IMG/VR virus record: IMGVR_UViG_3300023252_000177
Location: 1-33,249 of that record
Source: a virus
Taxonomy: Duplodnaviria; Caudoviricetes
DNA: 33,249 bases
Reading direction: 5' to 3' (one strand)
The position numbers and the translations under genes were made by a program. The number at the start of each line of letters is the position of its first letter. The first letter of the stretch is position 1. Positions 17,569 to 27,668 of the stretch are shown in pieces. The notes under the pieces were generated by a model, which was not told where the DNA came from, ran no database searches, and saw only the letters and a list, made by a program, of their open reading frames with translations.

Positions 17569-17719
17569 ATGCCCGGAACAATTACCCAGGGTAAACGGGG
17601 TAACCGGAAAAGACCTTAGCGAGCCGTTATTAACGTATTTAGATATTTATCCGCTGTGCGCGGCACGGCATAACCAATTAGTTGATGAAATTAACCAGCG
17701 TAAGGAATTAAAGCAATGA
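17429..17719 (+). CDS. Outer-membrane spanin lipoprotein (Rz1-like), overlapping the i-spanin
   Basis: Basic N-terminus, lipobox LSGC, Pro-rich linker, KCPEQLP and CAARHN. Confidence 0.75.
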   Translation: MLNRKRSAPKWLSRYLLTCACLTNLSGCITTPPIKPNVPFQESLLVKCPEQLPRVNGVTGKDLSEPLLTYLDIYPLCAARHNQLVDEINQRKELKQ

Positions 17720-17985
17720 GCAAAGAAGAAACCAAAGTTATCTTGACTATCCAGGGCAAAGATTTGGCCTTTGAGCCAAACACTACAGCCTATAACAGCC
17801 TGATTAATGATATGGCGATGGATAATAAAGTTGCGCCGCACGTCACCTATTTGCGCCGCGTAGTGGTTGCAGAAAGTAAAGCCGCACTGGACGAACTGCT
17901 TAAACTGCCCGGCGCAGCATTGCAAATCGCAGAAGCAGTAAATGCGAAATATGCGCCGAAACTGGAAATTGAAGTAAAAAACTAA
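17716..17985 (+). CDS. Tail assembly chaperone
   Basis: 89-aa ORF before the tape measure, ending at slippery A AAA AAC. Confidence 0.82.
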   Translation: MSKEETKVILTIQGKDLAFEPNTTAYNSLINDMAMDNKVAPHVTYLRRVVVAESKAALDELLKLPGAALQIAEAVNAKYAPKLEIEVKN

Positions 17986-18173
17986 CCAACCGGCTGCGGG
18001 CTATCGATAACAACTTTATTGAACAGGCATTAACGCTGCGGCGTTATTACCTGCCGGCTGAAAATGATAGCACCGAGAATTTAGCGCGCGCCATTTGGCT
18101 GGATAACCGGCATTGGGAAAATACGCGAGTGGCCACCGCAAACGGCATTTCTTTGGCATTTAAAGGCGAATAA
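17976..18173 (+). CDS. -1 frameshift extension of the tail chaperone (G-T type)
   Basis: -1 frame open from 17976 to TAA 18173 (LTNRLRAIDNN...ARAIWLDNRHWE...LAFKGE), no ATG of its own, stop overlaps the tape measure ATG. Confidence 0.8.
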   Translation, partial: KKLTNRLRAIDNNFIEQALTLRRYYLPAENDSTENLARAIWLDNRHWENTRVATANGISLAFKGE

Positions 18174-20704
18174 TGAAACAGCTAGATTTTACCCTGAGCC
18201 TGATCGACAAACTGACGCGGCCCCTAAAACAGGCCCAGGCGTCAGTGACCGGCTTTGCGGAAAAATCGCAAGCGGCCTTTGGCAAAATTGCCGTGGGCGG
18301 GGCCGGGTTGGTGGGGGTTGGCTTGTCAATCAAGGGCGCATTAGGCCCGGCGATTGAGATAACCGACGCCCTGAACGCGGCGGCCACAAAAGGCATCGAT
18401 GAAACCACCTTGCAGAAGGTGGCCGGGGATGCGCTGGCTTTCAGCGCGAAATATGGCAAATCGTCGGTGGATTTCATCAACTCCACCGAAGCGATCCGCA
18501 GCCAGGTGGGATTACTGACTAACCAGGAGTTGCCGGCGTTTGTGGTGGCAACCAATACCCTGGCAGCAGCCACGAAGGCCAGCGGCACCGAGGCGGCCGA
18601 GTACATGGGCAGCATGTACAACAAATTTAGCAGCTACGCCGAGAAAATCGGGCGTGTTGAGTTTGCCGAGCAGGTCGCCAGTAAAACGGCCTACATGGTT
18701 AAAGCCTTTGGCACCAACATGCAAGCCATGTCTGATTTGATGGAAGGGGCCAGGGGCGTGGGGGCTAACTACGGTGTGGGCATTGATGAGCAGTTTGCCG
18801 TGATGGGGCAGCTTGAGCGCACATTGGGATCGGAGGCCAGCAGCGTTTACGAGTCGTTTTATCAGACGGCCCAGGAGGGGGCCAAAAAGCTGGGGATGAG
18901 CTTTGTTAATGCCACGGGCGGCATGGTGAGCTTGCCGGAAATGCTGGAAAAATTACAAACGCGTTACGGCGCCAGCATTGAGGGCAATCTCAAGGCCCAG
19001 GCCGCGTTGGACGATGCCTTTGGTGATTCGTCGGTACTGATTAAGCAGCTTTACGGCAACGTCGATTTGCTGAAACGCCATATTAACGAGCTGGGCAGCA
19101 GTGACGGGATGAAACGCGCCACGGAAATGGCGGAGCGCATGACTAACCCTTGGGAACGCCTTACCGCTATCTGGTATTCCATCCGGGCGGCAATGGGGTT
19201 AACGCTGTTGCCGGTGCTCTATCCGCTGATTAACAAAATGGCGGACGCGGGGCAAACCCTGGTGCGCTGGTTGAAGTTATTCCCCAACCTGGCGCGGGCC
19301 ATTGGCCTGGCTGTGCTGGCGTTCTTGAGCCTGGCGGCAGCGGGGGCAATAGCGAACCTGGCGATCGGCGTGCACATGTTCTTGATGATGGGGTTACGCA
19401 GCATATTAGGGCCAGTGGCCAAGCTGCTGGGCTTGAACCGCCTGGCCATGCTGGCCGGTGGTGCGGCGACGGCGGTGTTTAACCGTGGCCTGGTGTTGTT
19501 GCGCGCTGGCCTGTTGGCCGCCTCGATTGCCGCCCGTACCGGTGCGGTGTCGTTCCTGCTGATGAGCTGGCCGATCGCGCTGTTGGTGGCCGCTATCGGT
19601 GCCGTGGTGGCGGCGGTGTGGGCGTTCTGGAAACCGATTAAGGCGTTTGTGTCCGGGTTTATTGCGGGCTTTAAAGAGGCCGCCGGCGCGTTGTCCCCCT
19701 TTGCCGGTGCGTTTGACCTGGTGAAGCGGGCAGCGGCTGGAGTATGGGGCGCGATTCAGGCGGTGTTTAACTGGTTCGTCCGTCTGCTAACCCCTGTCCA
19801 AAGCACGGCGGCGGAGCTGCAAGGCGTCACCAGTGCCGGCCAGGCGTGCGGCCAGATTGTTGCCGGCGCAATAGGTTTACTGCTGTCGCCGATTGAACTG
19901 GTGATTACAACGGTGGGCCATTTGTTTGACGCATTTGGCATCGTAAAACAAGGCTGGCTGGACGTGGTGGCCGCGTTTGACCCGTCATCGCCTATCGCGT
20001 CGTTTATGAAGATTGGCAGTGTGGTAGCGGGGGTGTTTACCAAGCTGTGGGGCGTGTTCCGGTCTGCGTTTGCCGATACCTACAACTGGATCATCGACAA
20101 AATCAACATGCTGCCGGGCGTCAGTATTGACCCCATGCATGTGGATGTGGTGCCGACGGTGACCGAACCCCAGGGAATGGTAAACATGCCGCCGGTGACG
20201 GTGCCGGCGATTGATGCGGGCGCGTTGCCCACCGGCCTGGCCACGCTGGAGGGTAGCAACGCATTGCCGGCAGCGGCCCAGGCTGCGGCAGTGGCTCCGG
20301 TGGCCGTGCCACAACCTGCGCCGGCGCTGATGTCAGCGGCAGGGGCGCGCAAAACGCTGATTGATGATGTGCGCGATCCTATCGTGGTGCCCAGGGCAAT
20401 GCAGGGAACGGCAGCAACGCCCGCTCCCGCTGTGCCGGCGGTCAAGGTGCCGCAGCCACCGCCGCAACAGGTGCAGGTGTTGGCCCAGGTGCAAGCCGAG
20501 AAAAGCGCGCCACCTCCGCCCGCGCCGAGTCTGTTACTCAGCGGCGGCAAGCTAAAAGGAATTGGCCCCGGTGGGATTAATAAAGAAATTAATAACAACA
20601 GTCGAACCGTTACGGATAATCGTAAAAATATTGAGAACGTCCATATTAATGTTAAGCAGGGCATGACGCCTGAACAGCTAATGGAATGGCAGGAATTAAG
20701 TTAA
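18173..20704 (+). CDS. Tail tape measure protein
   Basis: 843 aa Ala/Gly-rich helical protein with hydrophobic stretches; LSLIDKLTRPLKQA start. Confidence 0.93.
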   Translation: MKQLDFTLSLIDKLTRPLKQAQASVTGFAEKSQAAFGKIAVGGAGLVGVGLSIKGALGPAIEITDALNAAATKGIDETTLQKVAGDALAFSAKYGKSSVDFINSTEAIRSQVGLLTNQELPAFVVATNTLAAATKASGTEAAEYMGSMYNKFSSYAEKIGRVEFAEQVASKTAYMVKAFGTNMQAMSDLMEGARGVGANYGVGIDEQFAVMGQLERTLGSEASSVYESFYQTAQEGAKKLGMSFVNATGGMVSLPEMLEKLQTRYGASIEGNLKAQAALDDAFGDSSVLIKQLYGNVDLLKRHINELGSSDGMKRATEMAERMTNPWERLTAIWYSIRAAMGLTLLPVLYPLINKMADAGQTLVRWLKLFPNLARAIGLAVLAFLSLAAAGAIANLAIGVHMFLMMGLRSILGPVAKLLGLNRLAMLAGGAATAVFNRGLVLLRAGLLAASIAARTGAVSFLLMSWPIALLVAAIGAVVAAVWAFWKPIKAFVSGFIAGFKEAAGALSPFAGAFDLVKRAAAGVWGAIQAVFNWFVRLLTPVQSTAAELQGVTSAGQACGQIVAGAIGLLLSPIELVITTVGHLFDAFGIVKQGWLDVVAAFDPSSPIASFMKIGSVVAGVFTKLWGVFRSAFADTYNWIIDKINMLPGVSIDPMHVDVVPTVTEPQGMVNMPPVTVPAIDAGALPTGLATLEGSNALPAAAQAAAVAPVAVPQPAPALMSAAGARKTLIDDVRDPIVVPRAMQGTAATPAPAVPAVKVPQPPPQQVQVLAQVQAEKSAPPPPAPSLLLSGGKLKGIGPGGINKEINNNSRTVTDNRKNIENVHINVKQGMTPEQLMEWQELS

Positions 20705-21051
20705 TGAATGAACCCCTTTATATTGACCTGCTAATAGAAAATGGCGATTTCTCGCTAAATACAGGCCGGGAACCGGTGTTATGTCATAACAAGGTGAGCA
20801 TTGGTCAAGATTGCGTTCACGCTATTTTGGAAAGTGGGTTAGTGACGCAATTAGTGGCAGAAAGAAGCCCGACACTGCGCGCCGATGTGATTATGCAAAT
20901 CGTATTGCTGTTAGAAGATGATGAAAGAATTGTTCCAGGCACCGTCGTTATTAGCGAGGAAACGTTAAAGCGATTATGGGTGACGGCAGAAACGTATGAT
21001 TTCGGCAAGGTGGAGGCCAGCGTTAATTATGACGACGAAACCGCAAGTTGA
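20704..21051 (+). CDS. Baseplate protein (DUF2590, gpW/gp25-like)
   Basis: YIDLLI..GDF, SIGQDCVHAILESGL, DERIVPGT; HP1-type synteny. Confidence 0.78.
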   Translation: MNEPLYIDLLIENGDFSLNTGREPVLCHNKVSIGQDCVHAILESGLVTQLVAERSPTLRADVIMQIVLLLEDDERIVPGTVVISEETLKRLWVTAETYDFGKVEASVNYDDETAS

Positions 21052-22213
21052 TTATGAAAAAGCCTTAACAGAAAGCGGAATGCCGATTACCCAGGACGAA
21101 GTTAATACCAAATTTAACGAATTGGTGACCGCCGAAGGGTTAATTACCAACACATCTAAAATGTCACCGTTTTGGCGACTTATCCAGGCGATTATTACCG
21201 CCCCGGTGATGTGGTTAAAGGATGTATTGGTGTCTGTGGTGATGGGCAACATGTATTTGGCCACCGCCGGCGGCACCTGGCTGGAAATGTTCGCCTGGGG
21301 CGTCAATGTGAAGCGCAAGCCGGCGACGGCGGCGGAGGGGGTTTTTCGTTTCGACAAGGAAAACGCCGGCGCGATGGTCACGATCCCCGCCGGCACGGTG
21401 GTGCAAACCGAACGCCTGAACGGCCATGTGTACAGCGTGGCTGTGGTGAAGGAAACCACGTTAGCCGCTGGCGCTGCCGGCGGACTGGTGCCGGTGAAGG
21501 CGACCGCGCCGGGTGGCGCGCATAACCTGGCCCCAGGGTATTACCGGATTTTACCGCAGGCGGTGCCAGGCATCGTGCGGGTGGAAAACCAGGAAGGGTG
21601 GTTATCGGTGCCTGGTGCTGACCAGGAATCCGACGACGATTTACGGGACAGGGCGCGCAACCAATACAACCTGGCGGGCAACTATCACACGGATGCGGTT
21701 TACCGCAGCATGATCGCCAGCGTGGCCGGGCTGAGTATTGACCGCATTTTCTTTCAGCACGATGCGCCGCGCGGGCCGGGAACGGCGAACGCCTATCTGT
21801 TGTTGGATTCAGGCATTGCCTCGCAGCCGTTTATTAACGCGGTCAATGATTACATCACCAACAAAGGGAACCACGGCCACGGCGATGATATGCAGTGTTT
21901 TGCCATGCCGGAAACCCAACACGATTTGACCGTGACGCTCTATCTGGAAAACACGGCCAACTTTACGGCGGACGCGCTGGCCACGCTTAAGCGCAACAGC
22001 GAAAACCTGATCCGCTGTGCGTTCCGGCAAAACGCCGAATACGACGTAAAGAAAACCTGGCCGTATGCGCGTTTCTCGTTTTCCAACCTGGCCAGGGAGT
22101 TACACCGGGCTTTCCCTGAGCTGGAATCCATCACGTTTTCCAAAGGGGACATTGTGAGCGAATTGAACGTGCCACGATTGAAAACCTTAAAACTGGGGGT
22201 AGCCGATGCCTGA
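21029..22213 (+). CDS. Baseplate J-like protein
   Basis: TIPAGTVV, GADQESDDDLRDR, APRGPGTA motifs; SD GGAGG. Confidence 0.9.
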   Translation: MTTKPQVDYEKALTESGMPITQDEVNTKFNELVTAEGLITNTSKMSPFWRLIQAIITAPVMWLKDVLVSVVMGNMYLATAGGTWLEMFAWGVNVKRKPATAAEGVFRFDKENAGAMVTIPAGTVVQTERLNGHVYSVAVVKETTLAAGAAGGLVPVKATAPGGAHNLAPGYYRILPQAVPGIVRVENQEGWLSVPGADQESDDDLRDRARNQYNLAGNYHTDAVYRSMIASVAGLSIDRIFFQHDAPRGPGTANAYLLLDSGIASQPFINAVNDYITNKGNHGHGDDMQCFAMPETQHDLTVTLYLENTANFTADALATLKRNSENLIRCAFRQNAEYDVKKTWPYARFSFSNLARELHRAFPELESITFSKGDIVSELNVPRLKTLKLGVADA

Positions 22214-22811
22214 TTTTAAAGAACGCCTGGCGGGGATGCGGTTGCCATCCTGGATGAACCGAGGGGAGCCGGCCAAGCTGCTGCGCGCCTGCCGCAATTT
22301 CTGGTTGTGGGTATATGGCTGGCTGACCTGGCCACTGAAACAGCTTGATGCGGTCACCTGTGCCGTGCCGCTGCTCCAGGTGCTGGCGTACCAGCGCGAT
22401 ATTACCCGGTTCAACGGGGAGCCGCTGGCGCTATTCCGCAAGCGGGTGCAGTACGCCTTTATCAACGCCCGCGATGCGGGGTCGGTGGCTGGCTTTATCG
22501 CCATTTTTGAACGCCTGGGCGTGGGCTATGTGGAAATCCTGGAGCGCCAACCGGGCATTGATTGGGACGTGATAAGCGTCCGTGTGACAGATGGCCAGGT
22601 TGCCAGTAATCCCGAACTGCTGATGCAGATCATCCGGCAATATGGCCGCACCTGTCGCCGCTATCGATTTGAAGTCATTAACAATTCCGTCCTGCAATTA
22701 CGAGCTGGCTGGGTGGGATGTGAGTATGTGTGTTACAGCGCCGCAAGTGCAGTGGCCAGCACCAATAACCAATATTCCGCCACCGTGGCGAGCGCATCAC
22801 TTAAGGGGTAG
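22206..22811 (+). CDS. Baseplate/tail protein (gpI-like)
   Basis: LLQVLAYQRDITRF, NARDAGS; between J and fibre. Confidence 0.78.
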   Translation: MPDFKERLAGMRLPSWMNRGEPAKLLRACRNFWLWVYGWLTWPLKQLDAVTCAVPLLQVLAYQRDITRFNGEPLALFRKRVQYAFINARDAGSVAGFIAIFERLGVGYVEILERQPGIDWDVISVRVTDGQVASNPELLMQIIRQYGRTCRRYRFEVINNSVLQLRAGWVGCEYVCYSAASAVASTNNQYSATVASASLKG

Positions 22812-22816
22812 TCAAC

Positions 22817-25800
22817 ATGTCACAAACCGCGATCACCTTTGCCTTTGAGCAATGGAAAGCAAAAGAAGCCGTGAACGGCTCCCGCGTGGTGCTGGATGAG
22901 TTTGTTTTTGCCAACGTGCCGGGCCTCGATGCCAGCAAGCCCATCGACCGCAAAGAAGGGATGCCGGCGGCGGCCAAGATTGTGCATCGCCAGGCGGTCA
23001 ACAAAACCGGCGTCGTGAACAATAACGCCGTGGTGTATTCGGTCACCCTGGGCACTGAGGTGGGCGATTTCGACTTTAACTGGATCGGCCTGGTGAATAA
23101 GGCCAGTAACACGGTGGCGATGATTGTTCATGCGCCGATGCAACGCAAGGTGGCCAACCGCGCAGGCCAGCAAGGGAATGCGATCACCCGTTCCTTTGTG
23201 ATGGAGTATGACGGCGCGGCCAAAGAGACAGCGATCACCACGCCGGCAGAAACCTGGCAGATTGATTTTACCGCGCGCCTGGGCGGCATTGATGAAATGC
23301 AGCGCCTGATTAACCGTGACCATTACGGTGCCGGCGCATTCTTTGGCAATGGGTTCCTGGTGGCCAAAGCCGGCGCACAATATTTCGTGACTGCTGGCAC
23401 CGGCTATGTGGGAGGCCTGCGGGCTGTCTTGGCGGCCAACCAAAACATTACCGTGACAACCAAGCCTATCAAGGTCTGGGCCGATGTGAGTTTGCAGGGC
23501 AACGTGGTAAGCCAGTGGGCTGGCGTGGTGAAATTTACCGTTGCGGCCACCGCAGCGGATTACACGGATAACGCTGGTTTTAAGCACTATGTGTTTGCGG
23601 TGGCCAGCATCGATGCCGCCGGCAACATTACCGACCTGCGCCCGCAAGGTTCGCTGTCCGACCAGGCCGGCAGTGATGCCTATTTGCGTAAGGACGACAA
23701 TTTAGCCTCACTCAAGGACAAATCAAAAAGCCGCGGTAGTCTGGGCCTGGGTAATGCCGCCACGCGTAATGTGGGTGTGGCCGGCGGCCAACTGATGGAG
23801 GTCGGGGCATTTGGCCTGGGCATGGGTTCCCGTCATCGTGATGATGCCTACTGTAATCAGGCTGAAATCTACCGGGTAAATAACCTGTCCAAAAATACCC
23901 CCGGCGGTGAAGTTTACGGTGTTGTCAGTTTGCCGTGTGACGGTGGGCCGTCCGGTGCTTACATCGCGGTACAAAACAACGGTAATGCATTCTTTGGCCG
24001 CTCAAATATCCCGGCTAATGGAGTGGAGTGGTGCCAGGCATATACCACGAAATTTAAACCAAAAGCGCAAGATGTGGACGCCGTATCCGCTAGCCAGGGC
24101 GGGGAGTTTCAAAAGGAAATCCAGGCATCTGGCGGGGTGATGGTGGCCAACAGTTGGAAAGCCAAACCCGGCGGCCTTTTCCCAGGGAACGGGGACGGGG
24201 CCAGTTATGAAACCTGCAACGTGGATATTAAAAGCTGGTATGGCCTGGGCTTTTACAACGCGAGCAAAGAGGGCATACAGGGCCGCACGGCATTTTTGAA
24301 TGTGCGCACCGGGTCATTTTCGGCCAAGGGGCGGATCACCGGCGCATCCGTATGGGATGGCAATGCCCGCGTTTACTCCCCCGCTAATAAGCCCACGGCG
24401 GCGGACGTCGGGGCGTTAACCGATGCCCAGGCAGCGCAAAAATATGCCCTGCGCTCTATCCGTGTGAACGGTAAAGCGCTGACCGGTGATGTGAACTTGC
24501 TGGCGTCGGATGTGAATGCCTGGAACAAAACGGAAGCGGACGCGCGCTATGTAAAACAGAGTGGCGACACGATGATCGGGCCTTTGGCATTGCCGCGCGT
24601 GGTCTTCCCTAATGGCAGCACGGTTAACGCCGCCACCGATGTAGATCGCCCTAATGGCTTCACCGTGGAAGGTCTGACCACAACGAATAAGGGATACCCG
24701 GTTGTGGGTTCTCTCGGGGTCTTACTGACAGCCAAAGTTAACGAATTTCGTAATGTGCAATTGGCTATTGGGTCGGGCACTACGGAGTTCTTTATTCGCT
24801 CCCTGCGCAAGGATGCGACGACCAATGACAAATGGGATCGGGTTTATACCACGTCATACAAGCCGACGATTACTGATGTAGGGGCCGCAGATCATAGTAA
24901 TAACTTTGCCGCCAGGATGGGGGTTGCCCGTGTTATCACCGGTGCAGAAAAGCCAACATCCCCCGGCGTATGGGGTGTGGAAAATAGCACCTGGGCACCT
25001 GTTGCGTGGGGAACGCTGTATGTGACAACCAACGGCACCAATTTAAGCACTGTCCCTGGCAACGGGAAATTTATTCACTATTTGTTTATCGCCCACGGAA
25101 GTGCGAACAAGTTCTATGTTGCAACGGATGTAAACGGCGGATTCACTGGTTGGGAAAGCTTTTTACCAAGGAACGGTGGCCAGCTTTCAGGCGTGTTGAA
25201 AAGCAGCGCTGAAATTTCCGCGAAATATCTTTCAACGCCGACGGGCGCGCCACCCGAGGGCAGCGGCGCTTTTTCGGCACAACTCGATACGAAAGCCCCG
25301 TTCTATCAGGAAAATTATAATTGGGACGTTGCCGAAGGTGGCCGTTATGTCCCGCTGGTTAAAGGTAAAAGCACCCGGATGGGGCAAGGCTACCCCACTG
25401 CCGTAAGCTTTGGTTATCTGATGGATGGGAAGGGCAGTTTTGCTAAGCCTTGTATCCATGCGCGAGGTGATAACAACGCGGAAGCCATCTGGCAGTTTGA
25501 CCCCAACAACAAACAGTTTATTGCGCCAGGCAATCTGATTGCCGGCGGGGCTGTCTACCAGAATGATGGCAATGTGAGCGGCTCTATCTGGGGCGGGTAT
25601 CTTAGCAACTGGCTGAATCAGAATTTTAATGGCCGCGTTGACTGGGGTACCTACAACCGCGATGTGGGAGCAAGAGCAACCATCGACTTTGTAAACAGCC
25701 GTTCAGCCGTCGCCGGTGGCCGCAATGCCTGGTGGTACAAGGACGAAGTGACAGGATTCATTATCCAGGGCGGCGTGGTTAATCGCGCTGATTATGCAAC

Positions 25801-25990
25801 ACGCGTCAATTTCCCCCGTGGTTATGCGCGGGAGTGTTTCGGTGTGCAACTGACATTGGCCAGTAGCAACGGGAATTGGTTTGGTGATAGCCGAGTCAAT
25901 ATCCAGGCGCGTGATCTGGATAACAACGGGTTTAATGCAATGATGGACGGTCAGGAACAGGTCGTGTTCTGGCAGTCGGTGGGGGTGTAA
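22817..25990 (+). CDS. Tail fibre protein
   Basis: N-terminal collar region (GDFDFNWIGL), LGLGNAATRNVG, repeated KP..DVGA junctions, C-terminal IIQGG..VNFP domain. Confidence 0.93.
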   Translation: MSQTAITFAFEQWKAKEAVNGSRVVLDEFVFANVPGLDASKPIDRKEGMPAAAKIVHRQAVNKTGVVNNNAVVYSVTLGTEVGDFDFNWIGLVNKASNTVAMIVHAPMQRKVANRAGQQGNAITRSFVMEYDGAAKETAITTPAETWQIDFTARLGGIDEMQRLINRDHYGAGAFFGNGFLVAKAGAQYFVTAGTGYVGGLRAVLAANQNITVTTKPIKVWADVSLQGNVVSQWAGVVKFTVAATAADYTDNAGFKHYVFAVASIDAAGNITDLRPQGSLSDQAGSDAYLRKDDNLASLKDKSKSRGSLGLGNAATRNVGVAGGQLMEVGAFGLGMGSRHRDDAYCNQAEIYRVNNLSKNTPGGEVYGVVSLPCDGGPSGAYIAVQNNGNAFFGRSNIPANGVEWCQAYTTKFKPKAQDVDAVSASQGGEFQKEIQASGGVMVANSWKAKPGGLFPGNGDGASYETCNVDIKSWYGLGFYNASKEGIQGRTAFLNVRTGSFSAKGRITGASVWDGNARVYSPANKPTAADVGALTDAQAAQKYALRSIRVNGKALTGDVNLLASDVNAWNKTEADARYVKQSGDTMIGPLALPRVVFPNGSTVNAATDVDRPNGFTVEGLTTTNKGYPVVGSLGVLLTAKVNEFRNVQLAIGSGTTEFFIRSLRKDATTNDKWDRVYTTSYKPTITDVGAADHSNNFAARMGVARVITGAEKPTSPGVWGVENSTWAPVAWGTLYVTTNGTNLSTVPGNGKFIHYLFIAHGSANKFYVATDVNGGFTGWESFLPRNGGQLSGVLKSSAEISAKYLSTPTGAPPEGSGAFSAQLDTKAPFYQENYNWDVAEGGRYVPLVKGKSTRMGQGYPTAVSFGYLMDGKGSFAKPCIHARGDNNAEAIWQFDPNNKQFIAPGNLIAGGAVYQNDGNVSGSIWGGYLSNWLNQNFNGRVDWGTYNRDVGARATIDFVNSRSAVAGGRNAWWYKDEVTGFIIQGGVVNRADYATRVNFPRGYARECFGVQLTLASSNGNWFGDSRVNIQARDLDNNGFNAMMDGQEQVVFWQSVGV

Positions 25991-26421
25991 TGATGAGCTA
26001 TGGATTTAGCGCAACGACCAAGGCTTTCTATGTGTACGAAGACCAAGAAAGCTATGAGGAAAACGGCAACTGGCCAGCGGACGTAAAGCCCATTAGCGAT
26101 CAGGTGTGGGAAAAATATTGCATGCAAGGCCCGGCAGGCAAAGAACGCGGCGCTAATAAACGCGGCTTGCCGTGCTGGGTTGATATTCCCCCGCTGGCAC
26201 GGGAAGCGCAGGCAGACGCCGCCACCTGGCAAAAAGGGCAGTTGCTGGAAAAGGCAGGCAAGGCGATCGCGCCCCTCCAGGATGCTGATGATTTAGGGCT
26301 GGCGACGGAAGAAGAAAGGGCGCTTTTGTTGGCCTGGAAAAAATACCGCATTTCCATCAATCGCATCGATGTGGATCAGGGGGATGCGATTACCTGGCCG
26401 GAGGTGCCAAATGTGGCGTAA
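25990..26421 (+). CDS. Tail fibre assembly chaperone
   Basis: IAPLQDADDLGLATEEE..LLAWKKYR..ITWPEVP signature. Confidence 0.9.
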   Translation: MMSYGFSATTKAFYVYEDQESYEENGNWPADVKPISDQVWEKYCMQGPAGKERGANKRGLPCWVDIPPLAREAQADAATWQKGQLLEKAGKAIAPLQDADDLGLATEEERALLLAWKKYRISINRIDVDQGDAITWPEVPNVA

Positions 26422-27133
26422 AGCGGTGTTGCGTATGCCTGGCGATATGCAGTCTTTGACGTGTTCAATGGTGCCTGCGCATCCATGGGTTTATGGCGTG
26501 GGACGGCAGGAGTCATCCGGTAGCTACCTTAGCCCGGTCAATGCCGTGGATTACCTGGCGGGCAAGTTGGCCGGCCAGGGGGAAGAAATCAGCGCCACCG
26601 TTTTTATGCTTTGCGCTAACTCACACGGTGAATTTATGCCGCAGATTGCAGCGTTGGCGGGGGTGTTGCCTTTGCCGGCACTTAACCAGGTGCAACGCAT
26701 GGCGCAGACTGCCGCCACCCAGGCAATTACCCGGATGCAATTGCCTGGGAAAATGGGGGCGGGTTTGCCGGCGGCGGTGCCGCTTTCGACCGGTGCACAG
26801 CGCCTGGCGCTGAATGCGCAGCGGATTGCAGAAGCCAAGGCCGGCGCAGCCATAGGGGCCAGCGTGGACGGCTTACAAGCGGCGCTGGCTGGATTTTCCC
26901 AGGCCCGCCAATCTGCCCTGGAAGGAATAAGCCAGGCAATGACCGCGTTACAAGGGAAAAGCGCGCCGGCATGGGCCTTTACGGCGAAAGGGGCCGGTGC
27001 CAGTGTGGGGGCCGCGATGAAAAAAGATATTCCCCGGCAGGATGCCGTTTTTACCCTGGCGGTGTTGTTTGTGGGCAAGGATTTGGGGCAACTGGAGGCG
27101 ATGATCCATGACGATAGTCACGCTGGCGCTTAA
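26411..27133 (+). CDS. HP1-type conserved tail-region hypothetical protein
   Basis: HPWVYG..YLSPVNAVDYL; start ATG 26411 after GGAGG. Confidence 0.7.
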   Translation: MWRKAVLRMPGDMQSLTCSMVPAHPWVYGVGRQESSGSYLSPVNAVDYLAGKLAGQGEEISATVFMLCANSHGEFMPQIAALAGVLPLPALNQVQRMAQTAATQAITRMQLPGKMGAGLPAAVPLSTGAQRLALNAQRIAEAKAGAAIGASVDGLQAALAGFSQARQSALEGISQAMTALQGKSAPAWAFTAKGAGASVGAAMKKDIPRQDAVFTLAVLFVGKDLGQLEAMIHDDSHAGA

Positions 27134-27668
27134 TGGTGAAGCTATCCCGTTAAAAGGCGTCATGGTCACGCCCATGATGCAATTTCAGGATAAAGACCAG
27201 TCTGGGCAGACGTCCAGCACGGCCAACGCCGAACAGGGCATAAAGCCCAAAGAACTGCGCATTTCCGGCGTGATCCCCTTTAGCGAAGCCCCGGTGTTAA
27301 CGCGCCTGTTTGCCCTGGCGGAGGCAACCGAAGGCGGTAAGCTGAAACGCTACCGTGTGGCCAACCACACCGCCCAGGCCATTAACTTTAGGCTGGCGAC
27401 GTTCACAGGCTCAATTGATGCGCCAAAGCAGGACGGCAAGCAAGCCTGGCTGGTGACGTTCACCCTACGCGAGCACCTGAGCGTACCGGAAAAGAAAGAT
27501 GCGCGGGAAGGTAGCAAGACTACCGCCAAAAAGCAGACGCCAGGCGCGAATGGCCAGGTTAACGGGAACGGCGCGGCGGCTGAGGATGAACAAAAATTGA
27601 GTTGGTTCGAGCGTAAGGTATTGAAGCCGGCGGATGATGCGCTTGCCGGCGTAGTGGGGGGCGAATGA
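27108..27668 (+). CDS. HP1-type tail/baseplate protein
   Basis: DQSGQTSSTANAEQGIK motif; synteny; SD GGAGG. Confidence 0.7.
   Translation: MTIVTLALNGEAIPLKGVMVTPMMQFQDKDQSGQTSSTANAEQGIKPKELRISGVIPFSEAPVLTRLFALAEATEGGKLKRYRVANHTAQAINFRLATFTGSIDAPKQDGKQAWLVTFTLREHLSVPEKKDAREGSKTTAKKQTPGANGQVNGNGAAAEDEQKLSWFERKVLKPADDALAGVVGGE

Noticed and set aside
22817-26421. DGR or invertible tail-fibre system
   Set aside because: No reverse transcriptase, invertase, second fibre tip or template/variable repeat pair seen
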